Shown piece by piece: positions 20,765 through 34,900 of a stretch of DNA of 64,000 bases (the stretch's first letter is position 1; every line of letters starts with the position of its first letter). Made by a program: the position numbers and the translations under genes. Under the pieces are notes generated by a model. That model worked only from the letters and a program-made list of their open reading frames with translations, did not search any database and was not told the origin of the DNA. This DNA comes from Eledone cirrhosa (Eukaryota), in the NCBI GenBank assembly GCA_964016885.1, contig OZ024741.1, positions 3,162,001-3,226,000 of the forward strand, read 5' to 3'.

Positions 20765-20793
20765 CGTATTTCTGCGAGTATGTTGGTGCATAT
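20557..20793. repeat. Left arm of an inverted duplication (partner 22079-22323)
   Basis: The ORF track shows the same peptide start MQSFWTREHSSPSMNM at 20631(+) and 22245(-). Near-identical reverse-complement DNA over ~140 bp plus a short segment beyond a (TA)n. Confidence 0.88.
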
Positions 20794-21081
20794 CTATGTG
20801 TGTATATATATATATATATGTATGTGTGTTTGTGTGTGTGTGTGTTTGTGAATACATTGGTTGGCTAGAGACAACACTCATCACACACACTAATACACAC
20901 ATGCACAGACAAACACACACACATTCACACACATATATACACAGATACACACAAAAGAACGTGTGAAATGAATCGTCATTTTCAGTAAAGAAATCGCCGC
21001 CCCTAAGTTATAAAATAACATCCACTCCCACTTCAATGGGATTTATATTCCCCTCTCTTCCCTACACGTACACACTAGCGA

Positions 21082-21538
<457 letters not shown>

Positions 21539-21802
21539 TGACATTAGGTTCGGCACCGTGTAAAATATCCAATTATGGTAATATCAGGTAATTTCATAAT
21601 TCTACTTCAAGAGCAGAGAAACATAAAAACAAGCTGGGAATGTCTTGAACAAACTGACAACAATAGCATTACCTTCATTGATGGAGGAGATGGAGGTGGA
21701 ACTTACAATCACCATCTTCCACGACAACGAAAGATACTATGGATTATTACAACACTTCACAATATTGATATTTTATTGATAAAATATCAATAAAATATCA
21801 GT

Positions 21803-21870
<68 letters not shown>

Positions 21871-21872
<2 letters not shown>

Positions 21873-22031
21873 CGAAGGAAATGTGGTAAGGAACCAGGTG
21901 GACCATAACGCACCAAACTACTCAATACTTAGGGTAGTAGAGTGGGTAATAGGAACCAGTAAGACCCCGACGGCTGAGCTCAAGCCGTTTCGACGGCTAA
22001 TTCAGTATTAGCCGTCGGGGTCTTACTGGTT

Positions 22032-22033
<2 letters not shown>
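21871..22033. mobile_element. Third copy of the fold-back element, opposite orientation to 21125-21317
   Basis: Same termini (TA-aacgaagg... and ...ttcc-TA). The short arm is deleted between agccgtcg direct repeats. Confidence 0.7.
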
Positions 22034-22078
<45 letters not shown>

Positions 22079-22086
<8 letters not shown>

Positions 22087-22147
22087 CAACATACTCACAG
22101 AAACACATATATATATATATTGTGCAACCACGCAGCACTCCATTTTT

Positions 22148-22184
<37 letters not shown>

Positions 22185-22323
22185 GCCCATATAAAGGCAT
22201 ATTCATGGAAGGGCTAGAATGTTCTCTGGTCCAAAACGATTGCACCTGCTATGTAAATTAATAAAGGGAGGATAATGGCAAAAGTTCATAATATTGACGA
22301 TAATAATAATAATATTGATAATT
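22079..22323. repeat. Right arm of the inverted duplication (partner 20557-20793)
   Basis: Reverse complement of 20557-20793. Confidence 0.88.
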
Positions 22324-22480
22324 GTTTCTACTTTTGGCACAAGGCCAGCAAAAACCCAGTGTATTACTGGTACTTTATTTTATCGACCCCGTAAGAATGA
22401 AAGGCAACGTTAACTTTCGCGGGATTTGAAATCAGAATAGCAAGGGCCGTAACTCTATTTGTCAAAGCATGGCGTCCGAT
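22323..22480 (-). mobile_element. SINE with Nin-like domain (octopus-type)
   Basis: tggcacaaggccagc..actggtactttattttatcgacccc..gaatgaaaggcaa..gatttgaaatcagaa is the inverse homolog of 8095-8240. Confidence 0.7.
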
Positions 22481-22920
22481 CCTTTAATAATATTTGTAAA
22501 TATTTGTTCCCCGATGATGTTAACAAATGCCCTTCATGTCGCTGATAAGTACCAAACATCATGAGGCTGCATTTCCGCAAGCTCAGGACTTTCAACACTC
22601 AGACTGAAGTGTTGTACCACGAAATATTAATGGATGGCAACAAAACACAAAATCTAAAAGTATGGGGACAATAAAGGCCTGCACATTCTCCCTAAAACAC
22701 TAAAGTCAGTGTTTCTCAAGGTGGAACACACACATCACAAGGATTGGTGGTAGCAATATATTGGTGAGGCATGGGACTTCAGAATGGGGTGATCTATTCT
22801 CTGTTATACATACACTTTCTCCAATTATGGGGTGTTGCAGGTTTTTGTAATTGAAGTAGAGTGTGATACCGCTTTAAGTTATTAATCTGTGCCTCTCTAT
22901 TAGAAGACAAATCCTCCATG

Positions 22921-25900
22921 AGGTAGACTTGGTGTAGTCTTAGTAGACAGCTTTGGTGTAGTCTTAGTAGACAGCTTTGGTGTAGTCTTAGAAGGTAGAC
23001 TTGGTGTAGACTTAGTAGACAGTTTTGGTGTAGACTTAGTAGACAGCTTTGGTGTAGACTTGGTGTAGGTTTAGAAGGTAGACTTGGTGTATTCTTAGAA
23101 GGTAGACTTCGTGTAGACTTAGTAAACAGACTTGGTGTAGTCTTAGAAGACAGTTTTGGTGTAGACTTAGAAGGTAGACTTGGTGTAGGTTTAGAAGGTA
23201 GACTTGGTGTAGTCTTAGTAGGTAGACTTGGTGTAGTCTTAGTAGACGGCTTGGTGTAGTCTTAGTAGACAGCTTTGGAGTAGAATTAGAAGGTAGACTT
23301 GGTGTAGTCTTAGAAGGTAGATTAGTGTAGTCTTAGAAGGTAGACTTGGTGTAGTCTTACTAGGTAGACTTGGTGTAGTCTTAGAAGACAGACTTGGTGT
23401 AGTCTTAGTAGGTAGACTCGGTGTAGTCATAGAAGGTAGACTTGGTGTAGTCTTAGTAGACAGACTTGGTGTAGTCTTAGTAGGTAGACTTGGTGTAGTC
23501 TTAGTAGACAGACTTGGTGTAGTCTTAGTAGGTAGACTTGGTGTAGTCTTAGTAGACAGACTTGGTGTAGTCTTAGTAGGTAGACTTGGTGTAGTCTTAG
23601 TAGACAGACTTGGTATAGTCTTAGTAGGTATACTTGGTGTAGTCTTAGAAGGTAGACTTGGTGTAGACTTAGAAGGTAGACTTGGTGTAGTCTTAGTAGG
23701 TAGATTTGGTGTAGTCTTAGTAGGTAGATTTGGTGTAGTCTTAGTAAACAGACTTGGTGTAGTCTTAGTAGGTAAACTTGGTGTAGTCTTAGAAGGTAGA
23801 CTTGGTGTAGTCTTAGAAGGTAGATTTGGTGTAGTCTTAGTAGGTAGACATGGCGTAGTCTTAGTAGACAGACTTGGTGTAGTCTTAGTAGACAGACTTG
23901 GTGTAGTCTTAGAAGGTAGACTTGGTGTAGTCTTAGAAGGTAGACTTGGTGTAGTCTTAGTAGACAGACTTGGTGTAGTCTTAGCAAGTAGACTTGGTGT
24001 AGTCTTAGAAGGTAGAGTTGGTGTAGTCTTAGAAGGTAGATTTGGTGTAGTCTGAGTAGACAGACTTGGTGAAGTCTTAGTAGACAGACTTGATATAGTC
24101 TTAGAAGGTAGACTGTGTGTAGTCTTATAAGGTAGATTTGGTGTAGTCTTAGAAGGTAGACTTGGTGTAGTCTTAGAAGACAGACTTGGTGTAGTCTTAG
24201 TAGGTAGACTTGGTGTAGTCTTAGTAGATAGACTTAGTGTAGTCTTAGAAGACTGATTTGGTGTAGTCTTAGAAGGTAGACTTGGTGTAGACTTAGAAGG
24301 TAGACTTGGTGTAGTCTTAGTAGATAGACTTGGTGTAGTCTTAGAAGACAGTTTTGGTGTAGACTTAGTAGACAGCTTTGGTGTAGTCTTAGAAGGTAGA
24401 CTTGGTGTAGACTTAGAAGGTAGATTGGTGTAGTCTTAGGAGACAGACTTGGTGTAGTCTTAGATGGTAGATTTGGTGTAGAATTAGAAGGTAGACTTGG
24501 TGTAGACTTAGAAGACAGACTTGGTGTAGTCTTAGATGGTAGACTTGGTGTAGACTTAGATGGTAGACTTGGTGTAGACTTAGAAGGTAGACTTGGTGTA
24601 GTCTTAGTAGACAGCTTTGGTGTAGTCTTAGAAGGTATAACTTGGTGTAGTCTTAGTAGGTAGACTTGGTGTAGTCTTAGTAGACAGCGTTGGTTTAGTC
24701 TTAGAAGGTAGACTTGGTGTAGTCTTAGTAGACGGCTTTGGTATAGTCTTAGTAGACAGCTTTGGTTTAGTCTTAGAAGGTAGACTTGGTGTAGTCTTAG
24801 TAGGTAGACTTAGTGTAGTCTTAGAAGACAGATTTGGTGTAGTCTTAGAAGGTAGACTTGGTGTAGTCTTAGAAGGTAGACTTGGTAAAGTCTTACTAGG
24901 TAGACTTGGTGTAGTCTTAGAAGACAGACATGGTGTAGTCTTAGTAGGTAGACTCGGTGTAGTCCTAGAAGGTAGACTTGTTGTAGTCTTAGTAGACAGA
25001 CTTGGTGTAGTCTTAGTAGGTAGACTTGGTGTAGTCTTAGTAGACAGACTTGGTGTAGTCTTAGTAGGTAGACTTGGTGTAGTCTTAGTAGACAGACTTG
25101 GTGTAGTCTTAGTAGGTAGACTTGGTGTAGTCTTAAAAGGTAGACTTGGTGTAGACTTAGAAGGTAGACTTGGTGTAGTCTTAGTAGACAGACTTGGTGT
25201 AGTCTTAGTAGGTAAACTTGGTGTAGTCTTAGAAGGTAGACTTGGTGTAGTCTTAGAGTGTAGACTTGGTGTAGTCTTAGTAGACAGACTTGGTGTAGTC
25301 TTAGTAGGTGGACTTGGTGTAGTCTTAGTACGTAGACTTGGTGTAGACTTAGAAGGTAGATTGGTGTAGTCTTAGTAGGTAGACTTGGTGTAGTCTTAGT
25401 AGACAGACTTGATGTAGTCTTAGTAGACAGACTTGGTGTAGTCTTAGTAGGTAGACTTGGTGTAGTCTTAGTAGACAGACTTGGTGTAGTCTTAGTAGGT
25501 AGATTGGTGTATTCTTAGAAGGTAGACTTGGTGTAGACTTAGAAGGTAGACTTGGTGTAGTCTTAGTAGGTAAACTTGGTGTAGTCTTAGAAGGTAGACT
25601 TGGTGTAGTCTTAAAAGGTAGATTTGGTGTAGTCTTAGTAGACAGACTTGGTGTAGTCTTAGCAGGTAGACTTGGTGTAGTCTTAGTACGTAGACTTGGT
25701 GTAGACTTAGAAGGTAGACTTGGTGTAGTCTTAGTAGATAGACTTGGTGTAGTCTTAGAAGACAGTTTTGGTGTAGACTTAGTAGACAGCTTTGGTGTAG
25801 TCTTAGAAGATAGACTTGTTGTAGACTTAGAAGGTAGATTGGTGTAGTCTTAGGAGACAGACTTGGTGTAGTCTTAGAAGGTAGATTTGGTGTAGAATTA

Positions 25901-28900
25901 GAAGGTAGACTTGGTGTAGACTTAGAAGACAGACTTGGTGTAGTCTTAGATGGTAGACTTGGTGTAGACTTAGATGGTAGACTTGGTGTAGACTTAGAAG
26001 GTAGACTTGGTGTAGTCTTAGTAGACAGCTTTGGTGTAGTCTTAGAAGGTATAACTTGGTGTAGTCTTAGTAGGTAGACTTGGTGTAGCCTTAGTAGACA
26101 GCTTTGGTGTAGTCTTAGAAGGTAGACTTGGTGTAGTCTTAGTAGACGGCTTTGGTATAGTCTTAGTAGACAGCTTTGGTTTAGTCTTAGAAGGTAGACT
26201 TGGTGTAGTCTTAGTAGGTAGACTTAGTGTAGTCTTAGAAGACAGATTTGGTGTAGTCTTAGAAGGTAGACTTGGTGTAGTCTTAGAAGGTAGACTTGGT
26301 AAAGTCTTACTAGGTAGACTTGGTGTAGTCTTAGAAGACAGACATGGTGTAGTCTTAGTAGGTAGACTCGGTGTAGTCCTAGAAGGTAGACTTGTTGTAG
26401 TCTTAGTAGACAGACTTGGTGTAGTCTTAGTAGGTAGACTTGGTGTAGTCTTAGTAGACAGACTTGGTGTAGTCTTAGTAGGTAGACTTGGTGTAGTCTT
26501 AGTAGACAGACTTGGTGTAGTCTTAGTAGGTAGACTTGGTGTAGTCTTAAAAGGTAGACTTGGTGTAGACTTAGAAGGTAGACTTGGTGTAGTCTTAGTA
26601 GACAGACTTGGTGTAGTCTTAGTAGGTAAACTTGGTGTAGTCTTAGAAGGTAGACTTGGTGTAGTCTTAGAGTGTAGACTTGGTGTAGTCTTAGTAGACA
26701 GACTTGGTGTAGTCTTAGTAGGTGGACTTGGTGTAGTCTTAGTACGTAGACTTGGTGTAGACTTAGAAGGTAGATTGGTGTAGTCTTAGTAGGTAGACTT
26801 GGTGTAGTCTTAGTAGACAGACTTGATGTAGTCTTAGTAGCCAGACTTGGTGTAGTCTTAGTAGGTAGACTTGGTGTAGTCTTAGTAGACAGACTTGGTG
26901 TAGTCTTAGTAGGTAGACTCGGTGTAGTCTTAGTAGACAGACTTGGTGTAGTCTTTGTAGGTAGACTTGGTGTAGTCTTAGAAGGTAGACTTGGTGTAGA
27001 CTTAGAAGGTAGACTTGGTGTAGTCTTAGTAGGTAAACTTGGTGTAGTCTTAGAATGTAGACTTGGTGTAGTCTTAGAGGGTAGACTTGGTGTAGTCTTA
27101 GTAGACAGACTTGGTGTAGTCTTAGCAGGTAGACTTGGTGTAGTCTTAGTACGTAGACTTGGTGTAGACTTAGAAGGTAGACTTGGTGTAGTCTTAGTAG
27201 GTAGACTTGGTGCAGTCTTAGTAGACAGACTTGATGTTGTCTTAGTAGACAGACTTGGTGTAGTCTTAGAAGGTAGACTTGGTGTAGTCTTAGAAGGTAG
27301 ATTTGGTCTAGTCTGAGTAGACAGACTTGGTGAAGTCTTAGTAGACAGACTTGATATAGTCTTAGAAGGTAGACTTTGTGTAGTCTTAGAAGGTAGATTT
27401 GGTGTAGTCTTAGAAGGTAGACTTCGTGTTGTCTTAGAAGACAGACTTGGTGTAGTCTTAGTAGGTAGACTTGGTGTAGTCTTAGAAGGTAGACTTGGTG
27501 TAGTCTTACTAGGTAGACTTGGTGTAGTCTTAGAAGACAGACTTGGTGTAGTCTTAGTAGGTAGGCTCGGTGTACTCTTAGAAGGTAGACTTCGTGTAGT
27601 CTTAGAAGGTAGACTTCGTGTAGTCTTAATAAACAGACTTGGTGTAGTCTTAGTAGGTAGACTTGGCATAGTCTTAGTACGTAGACTTGGTGTAGACTTA
27701 GAAGTTAGACTTGGTATAGTCTTAGAAGACAGACTTGGTGTATTCTTAGGAGGTAGACTTGGTGTAGTGTTAGTAGGTACACTTTGTGTAGTGTAGACTT
27801 GGTGTAGTCTTAGAAGGTAGACTTGGTGTAGACTTAGAAGGTAGACTTGGTGTAGTCTTAGAAGTTAGACTTGGTGTAGACTTAGAAGGTAGACTTGGTG
27901 TAGTCTTAGTAGGTAGACTTATTGTAGTCTTAGAAGACAGACTTGGTGTAGTCTTAGAAGGTAGACTTGGTGTAGTCTCACTAGGTAGATTTGGTGTAGT
28001 GTAAGAAGACAGACTTGGTGTTGTCTTAGTAGGTAGACTTGGTGTAGTCCTAGAAGGTAGACTTGGTGTAGTAGTAGTACACAGACTGGGTGTAGTCTTA
28101 GTAGGTAGACTTGGTGTAGTCTTAGTAGACAGACTTGGTGTAGTCTTAGTAGGTAGACTTGGTGTAGTTTTAGTAGACAGACTTGGTGTAGTCTTAGAAG
28201 GTAGACTTGGTGTAGTGTTAGTAGACAGACTTGGTGTAGTCTTAGTATATAGACTTGGTGTAGTCTTAGTAGGTAGACTTGGTGTAGACTTAGAAGGTAG
28301 ACTTGGTGTAGTCTTAGTAGGTAGACTTGGTGTTGCCTTAGTAGACAGACTTGGTGTAGTCTTAGTAGACAGATTTGGTGTAGTCTTAGAAGGTAGACTT
28401 GGTGTAATTTTACAAGGTAGATTTGGTGTAGTCTTAGAATGTAGATTTGGTGTAGTCTTAGAAGACAGACTTGGTATAGTCTTAGTGGGTAGACTTGGTG
28501 TAGTCTTTGAAGGTAGACTTGGTGTAGTCTTAGAAGGTAGACTTGGTGTAGTCTTAGAAAGTAGATTGGTGTAGTCTTAGTAGACAGAATTTGTTTAGTA
28601 TTAGAAGGTAGACTTGGTGTAGTCTTAGAAGACAGACTTGGGGTCGTCTTAGAAAGTAGACTTGGTGTAGTCTTAGTAGGTACACTTGGTGTAGTGTAGA
28701 TTTGGTGTAGACTTAAAAGGTAGACTTGGTGTAGTTTTAGAAGGTAGACTTGGTGTAGTTTTAGTAGACAGACTTGGTGTAGTCTTAGTAGGTAGACTTG
28801 GTGTAGTCTTAGTAGGTAGACTTGGTGTAGAATTAGAAGGTAGACTTGGTGTAGTCTTAGTAGGTAGACTTGATGTAGTCTTAGTAGACAGACTTGGTGT

Positions 28901-31900
28901 AGTCTTAGTAGACAGACTTGGTGTAGTCTTAGAAGGTAGAGTTAGTGTAGTCTTAGAAGGTAGACTTGGTTAGCCTTAGAAGGTAGATTTGGTGTAGTCT
29001 TAGAAGGTAGACTTGGTGTAGTCTTAGTAGACAGCTTTGGTGTAGTCTTAGTAGACAGCTTTGTTGTAGTCTTAGAAGGTAGACTTGGTGTAGTCTGAGT
29101 AGACAGACTTGGTGAAGTCTTAGTAGACAGAATTGATATAGTCTTAGGAGATAGACTTTGTGTAGTCTTAGAAGGTAGATTTGGTGTAGTCTTAGAAGGT
29201 AAACTTGGTGTAGTCTTAGAAGACAGACTTGGTGTAGTCTTAGTAGGTAGACTTGGTGTAGTCTTAGAAGGTAGACTTGGTGTAGTCTTTGAAGGAATAC
29301 TTAGTGTAGTCTTAGAAGTTAGACTTGGTGTAGTCTTAGTAGACAGACTTTGTTTATTCTTAGAAGGTAGACTTGGTATAGTCTTAGAAGACAGACATGG
29401 TGTAGTCTTAGAAGGTAGATTTGGTGTAATCTTAGTAGGTACACGTGGTGTAGTGTAGAATTGGTGTAGAATTAGAAGGTAGACTTGGTGTAGTCTTAGT
29501 AGGCAGACTTGGTGTAGTCTTAGTCGACAGACTTGGTGTAGTCTTAGAAGGTAGACTTAGTATAGTCTTAGCAGGTAGACTTGGTGTAGACTTAGAAGGT
29601 AGACTTAGTGTAGACTTAGTAGACATACTTGGTGCAGTCTTAGTATGTAGACTTGGTGTAGTCTTAGAAGGTAGACTTGGTGTAGTCTTAGAAGGTAGAT
29701 TTGGTCTAGTCTGAGTAGACAGACTTGGTGAAGTCTTAGTATGTAGACTTGATATAGTCTTAGAAGGTAGACTTTGTGTAGTCTTAGAAGGTAGATTTGG
29801 TGTAGTCTTAGAAGGTAGACTTGGTGTTGTCTTAGAAGACAGACTTGGTGTAGTCTTAGTAGGTAGACTCGGTGTAGTCATAGAAGGTAGACTTGGAGTA
29901 GTCTTAGTAGACAGACTTGGTGTAGTCTTAGTAGACAGACTTGGTGTAGTCTTAGTAGACAGACTTGGTGTAGTCTTAGTAGGTAGACTTGGTGTAGTCT
30001 TAGTAGACAGACTTGGTGTAGTCTTAGGAGGTAGACTTCGTGTAGTCTTAGTAGACAGACTTGGTGTAGTTTTAGTAGGTAGACTTGGTGTAGTCTTAGT
30101 AGACAGACTTGGTGTAGTCTTAGTAGGTATACTTGGTGTAGTCTTAGAAGGTAGACTTCGTGTAGACTTAGAAGGTAGACTTGGTGTAGTCTTAGTAGGT
30201 AGATTTGGTGTAGTCTTAGTAAACAGACTTGGTGTAGTCTTAGTAGGTAAACTTGGTGTAGTCTTAGAAGGTAGACTTGGTGTAGTCTTAGAAGGTAGAT
30301 TTGGTGTAGTCTTAGTAGGTAGACATGGCGTAGTCTTAGTAGACAGACTTGGTGTAGTCTTAGTAGACAGACTTGGTGTAGTCTTAGAAGGTAGACTTGG
30401 TGTAGTCTTAGAAGGTAGACTTGGTGTAGTCTTAGTAGACAGACTTGGTGTAGTCTTAGCAAGTAGACTTGGTGTAGTCTTAGAAGGTAGAGTTGGTGTA
30501 GTCTTAGAAGGTAGATTTGGTGTAGTCTGAGTAGACAGACTTGGTGAAGTCTTAGTAGACAGACTTGATATAGTCTTAGAAGGTAGACTGTGTGTAGTCT
30601 TATAAGGTAGATTTGGTGTAGTCTTAGAAGGTAGACTTGGTGTAGTCTTAGAAGACAGACTTGATGTAGTCTAAGTAGACAGACTTGGTGTAGTCTTAGT
30701 AGATAGACTTAGTGTAGTCTTAGAAGACTGATTTGGTGTATTCTTAGAAGGTAGACTTGGTGTAGACTTAGAAGGTAGACTTGGTGTAGTCTTAGTAGGT
30801 AAACTTGGTGTAGTCTTAGAAGGTAGATTGGTGTAGTCTTAGAGGGTAGACTTGGTGTAGTCTTAGTAGACAGACTTGGTGTAGTCTTAGCAGGTAGACT
30901 TGGTGTAGTCTTAGTACGTAGACTTGGTGTAGACTTAGAAGTTAGACTTGGTGTAGTCTTAGTAGATAGACTTGGTGTAGTCTTAGAAGACAGTTTTCGT
31001 GTAGACTTAGTAGACAGCTTTGGTGTAGTCTTAGAAGATAGACTTGTTGTAGACTTAGAAGGTAGATTGGTGTAGTCTTAGGAGACAGACTTGGTGTAGT
31101 CTTAGAAGGTAGATTTGGTGTAGAATTAGAAGGTAGACTTGGTGTAGACTTAGAAGACAGACTTGGTGTAGTCTTAGATGGTAGACTTGGTGTAGACTTA
31201 GATGGTAGACTTGGTGTAGACTTAGAAGGTAGACTTGGTGTAGTCTTAGTAGACAGCTTTGGTGTAGTCTTAGAAGGTATAACTTGGTGTAGTCTTAGTA
31301 GGTAGACTTGGTGTAGCCTTAGTAGACAGCTTTGGTGTAGTCTTAGAAGGTAGACTTGGTGTAGTCTTAGTAGACGGCTTTGGTATAGTCTTAGTAGACA
31401 GCTTTGGTTTAGTCTTAGAAGGTAGACTTGGTGTAGTCTTAGTAGGTAGACTTAGTGTAGTCTTAGAAGACAGATTTGGTGTAGTCTTAGAAGGTAGACT
31501 TGGTAAAGTCTTACTAGGTAGACTTGGTGTAGTCTTAGAAGACAGACATGGTGTAGTCTTAGTAGGTAGACTCGGTGTAGTCCTAGAAGGTAGACTTGTT
31601 GTAGTCTTAGTAGACAGACTTGGTGTAGTCTTAGTAGGTAGACTTGGTGTAGTCTTAGTAGACAGACTTGGTGTAGTCTTAGTAGGTAGACTTGGTGTAG
31701 TCTTAGTAGACAGACTTGGTGTAGTCTTAGTAGGTAGACTTGGTGTAGTCTTAAAAGGTAGACTTGGTGTAGACTTAGAAGGTAGACTTGGTGTAGTCTT
31801 AGTAGACAGACTTGGTGTAGTCTTAGTAGGTAAACTTGGTGTAGTCTTAGAAGGTAGACTTGGTGTAGTCTTAGAGTGTAGACTTGGTGTAGTCTTAGTA

Positions 31901-34900
31901 GACAGACTTGGTGTAGTCTTAGTAGGTGGACTTGGTGTAGTCTTAGTACGTAGACTTGGTGTAGACTTAGAAGGTAGATTGGTGTAGTCTTAGTAGGTAG
32001 ACTTGGTGTAGTCTTAGTAGACAGACTTGATGTAGTCTTAGTAGCCAGACTTGGTGTAGTCTTAGTAGGTAGACTTGGTGTAGTCTTAGTAGACAGACTT
32101 GGTGTAGTCTTAGTAGGTAGACTCGGTGTAGTCTTAGTAGACAGACTTGGTGTAGTCTTTGTAGGTAGACTTGGTGTAGTCTTAGAAGGTAGACTTGGTG
32201 TAGACTTAGAAGGTAGACTTGGTGTAGTCTTAGAGGGTAGACTTGGTGTAGTCTTAGTAGACAGACTTGGTGTAGTCTTAGCAGGTAGACTTGGTGTAGT
32301 CTTAGTACGTAGACTTGGTGTAGACTTAGAAGGTAGACTTGGTGTAGTCTTAGTAGGTAGACTTGGTGCAGTCTTAGTAGACAGACTTGGTGTAGTCTTA
32401 GAAGGTAGACTTGGTGTAGTCTTAGAAGGTAGATTTGGTCTAGTCTGAGTAGACAGACTTGGTGAAGTCTTAGTAGACAGACTTGATATAGTCTTAGAAG
32501 GTAGACTTTGTGTAGTCTTAGAAGGTAGATTTGGTGTAGTCTTAGAAGGTAGACTTCGTGTTGTCTTAGAAGACAGACTTGGTGTAGTCTTAGTAGGTAG
32601 ACTTGGTGTAGTCTTAGAAGGTAGACTTGGTGTAGTCTTACTAGGTAGACTTGGTGTAGTCTTAGAAGACAGACTTGGTGTAGTCTTAGTAGGTAGGCTC
32701 GGTGTACTCTTAGAAGGTAGACTTCGTGTAGTCTTAGAAGGTAGACTTCGTGTAGTCTTAATAAACAGACTTGGTGTAGTCTTAGTAGGTAGACTTGGCG
32801 TAGTCTTAGTACGTAGACTTGGTGTAGACTTAGAAGTTAGACTTGGTATAGTCTTAGAAGACAGACTTGGTGTATTCTTAGGAGGTAGACTTGGTGTAGT
32901 GTTAGTAGGTACACTTTGTGTAGTGTAGACTTGGTGTAGTCTTAGAAGGTAGACTTGGTGTAGACTTAGAAGGTAGACTTGGTGTAGTCTTAGAAGTTAG
33001 ACTTGGTGTAGACTTAGAAGGTAGACTTGGTGTAGTCTTAGTAGGTAGACTTATTGTAGTCTTAGAAGACAGACTTGGTGTAGTCTTAGAAGGTAGACTT
33101 GGTGTAGTCTCACTAGGTAGATTTGGTGTAGTGTAAGAAGACAGACTTGGTGTTGTCTTAGTAGGTAGACTTGGTGTAGTCCTAGAAGGTAGACTTGGTG
33201 TAGTAGTAGTACACAGACTGGGTGTAGTCTTAGTAGGTAGACTTGGTGTAGTCTTAGTAGACAGACTTGGTGTAGTCTTAGTAGGTAGACTTGGTGTAGT
33301 TTTAGTAGACAGACTTGGTGTAGTCTTAGAAGGTAGACTTGGTGTAGTGTTAGTAGACAGACTTGTTGTAGTCTTAGTATATAGACTTGGTGTAGTCTTA
33401 GTAGGTAGACTTGGTGTAGACTTAGAAGGTAGACTTGGTGTAGTCTTAGTAGGTAGACTTGGTGTTGCCTTAGTAGACAGACTTGGTGTAGTCTTAGTAG
33501 ACAGACTTGGTGTAGTCTTAGAAGGTAGACTTGGTGTAATTTTACAAGGTAGATTTGGTGTAGTCTTAGAATGTAGATTTGGTGTAGTCTTAGAAGACAG
33601 ACTTGGTATAGTCTTAGTGGGTAGACTTGGTGTAGTCTTTGAAGGTAGACTTGGTGTAGTCTTAGAAGGTAGACTTGGTGTAGTCTTAGAAAGTAGATTG
33701 GTGTAGTCTTAGTAGACAGAATTTGTTTAGTATTAGAAGGTAGACTTGGTGTAGTCTTAGAAGACAGACTTGGGGTCGTCTTAGAAAGTAGACTTGGTGT
33801 AGTCTTAGTAGGTACACTTGGTGTAGTGTAGATTTGGTGTAGACTTAAAAGGTAGACTTGGTGTAGTCTTAGAAGGTAGACTTGGTGTAGTTTTAGTAGA
33901 CAGACTTGGTGTAGTCTTAGTAGGTAGACTTGGTGTAGTCTTAGTAGGTAGACTTGGTGTAGAATTAGAAGGTAGACTTGGTGTAGTTTTAGTAGGTAGA
34001 CTTGATGTAGTCTTAGTAGACAGACTTGGTGTAGTCTTAGTAGACAGACTTGGTGTAGTCTTAGAAGGTAGAGTTAGTGTAGTCTTAGAAGGTAGACTTG
34101 GTTAGCCTTAGAAGGTAGATTTGGTGTAGTCTTAGAAGGTAGACTTGGTGTAGTCTTAGTAGACAGCTTTGGTGTAGTCTTAGTAGACAGCTTTGTTGTA
34201 GTCTTAGAAGGTAGACTTGGTGTAGTCTGAGTAGACAGACTTGGTGAAGTCTTAGTAGACAGAATTGATATAGTCTTAGAAGATAGACTTTGTGTAGTCT
34301 TAGAAGGTAGATTTGGTGTAGTCTTAGAAGGTAAACTTGGTGTAGTCTTAGAAGACAGACTTGGTGTAGTCTTAGTAGGTAGACTTGGTGTAGTCTTAGA
34401 AGGTAGACTTGGTGTAGTCTTTGAAGGAATACTTAGTGTAGTCTTAGAAGTTAGACTTGGTGTAGTCTTAGTAGACAGACTTTGTTTATTCTTAGAAGGT
34501 AGACTTGGTATAGTCTTAGAAGACAGACATGGTGTAGTCTTAGAAGGTAGATTTGGTGTAATCTTAGTAGGTACACGTGGTGTAGTGTAGAATTGGTGTA
34601 GAATTAGAAGGTAGACTTGGTGTAGTCTTAGTAGGCAGACTTGGTGTAGTCTTAGTAGTTAGACTTGGTGTAGTCTTAGAAGACACACTTGGTGTAGTGT
34701 TAGAAGGTAGACTTGGTGTAGTCTTAGTAGGTAGACTTGGTGTAGTCTTAGTAGAATGACTTGCTCTAGTCTTAGTAGATAGACTTGGTGTAGTCTTAGT
34801 AGACAGACTTGGTGTAGTCTTAGAAGGTAGACTTGGTGTAGTCTTAGTAGGTAGACTTAGTGTAGTCTTAGAAGACAAATTTGGTGTAGTCTTAGTAGGT

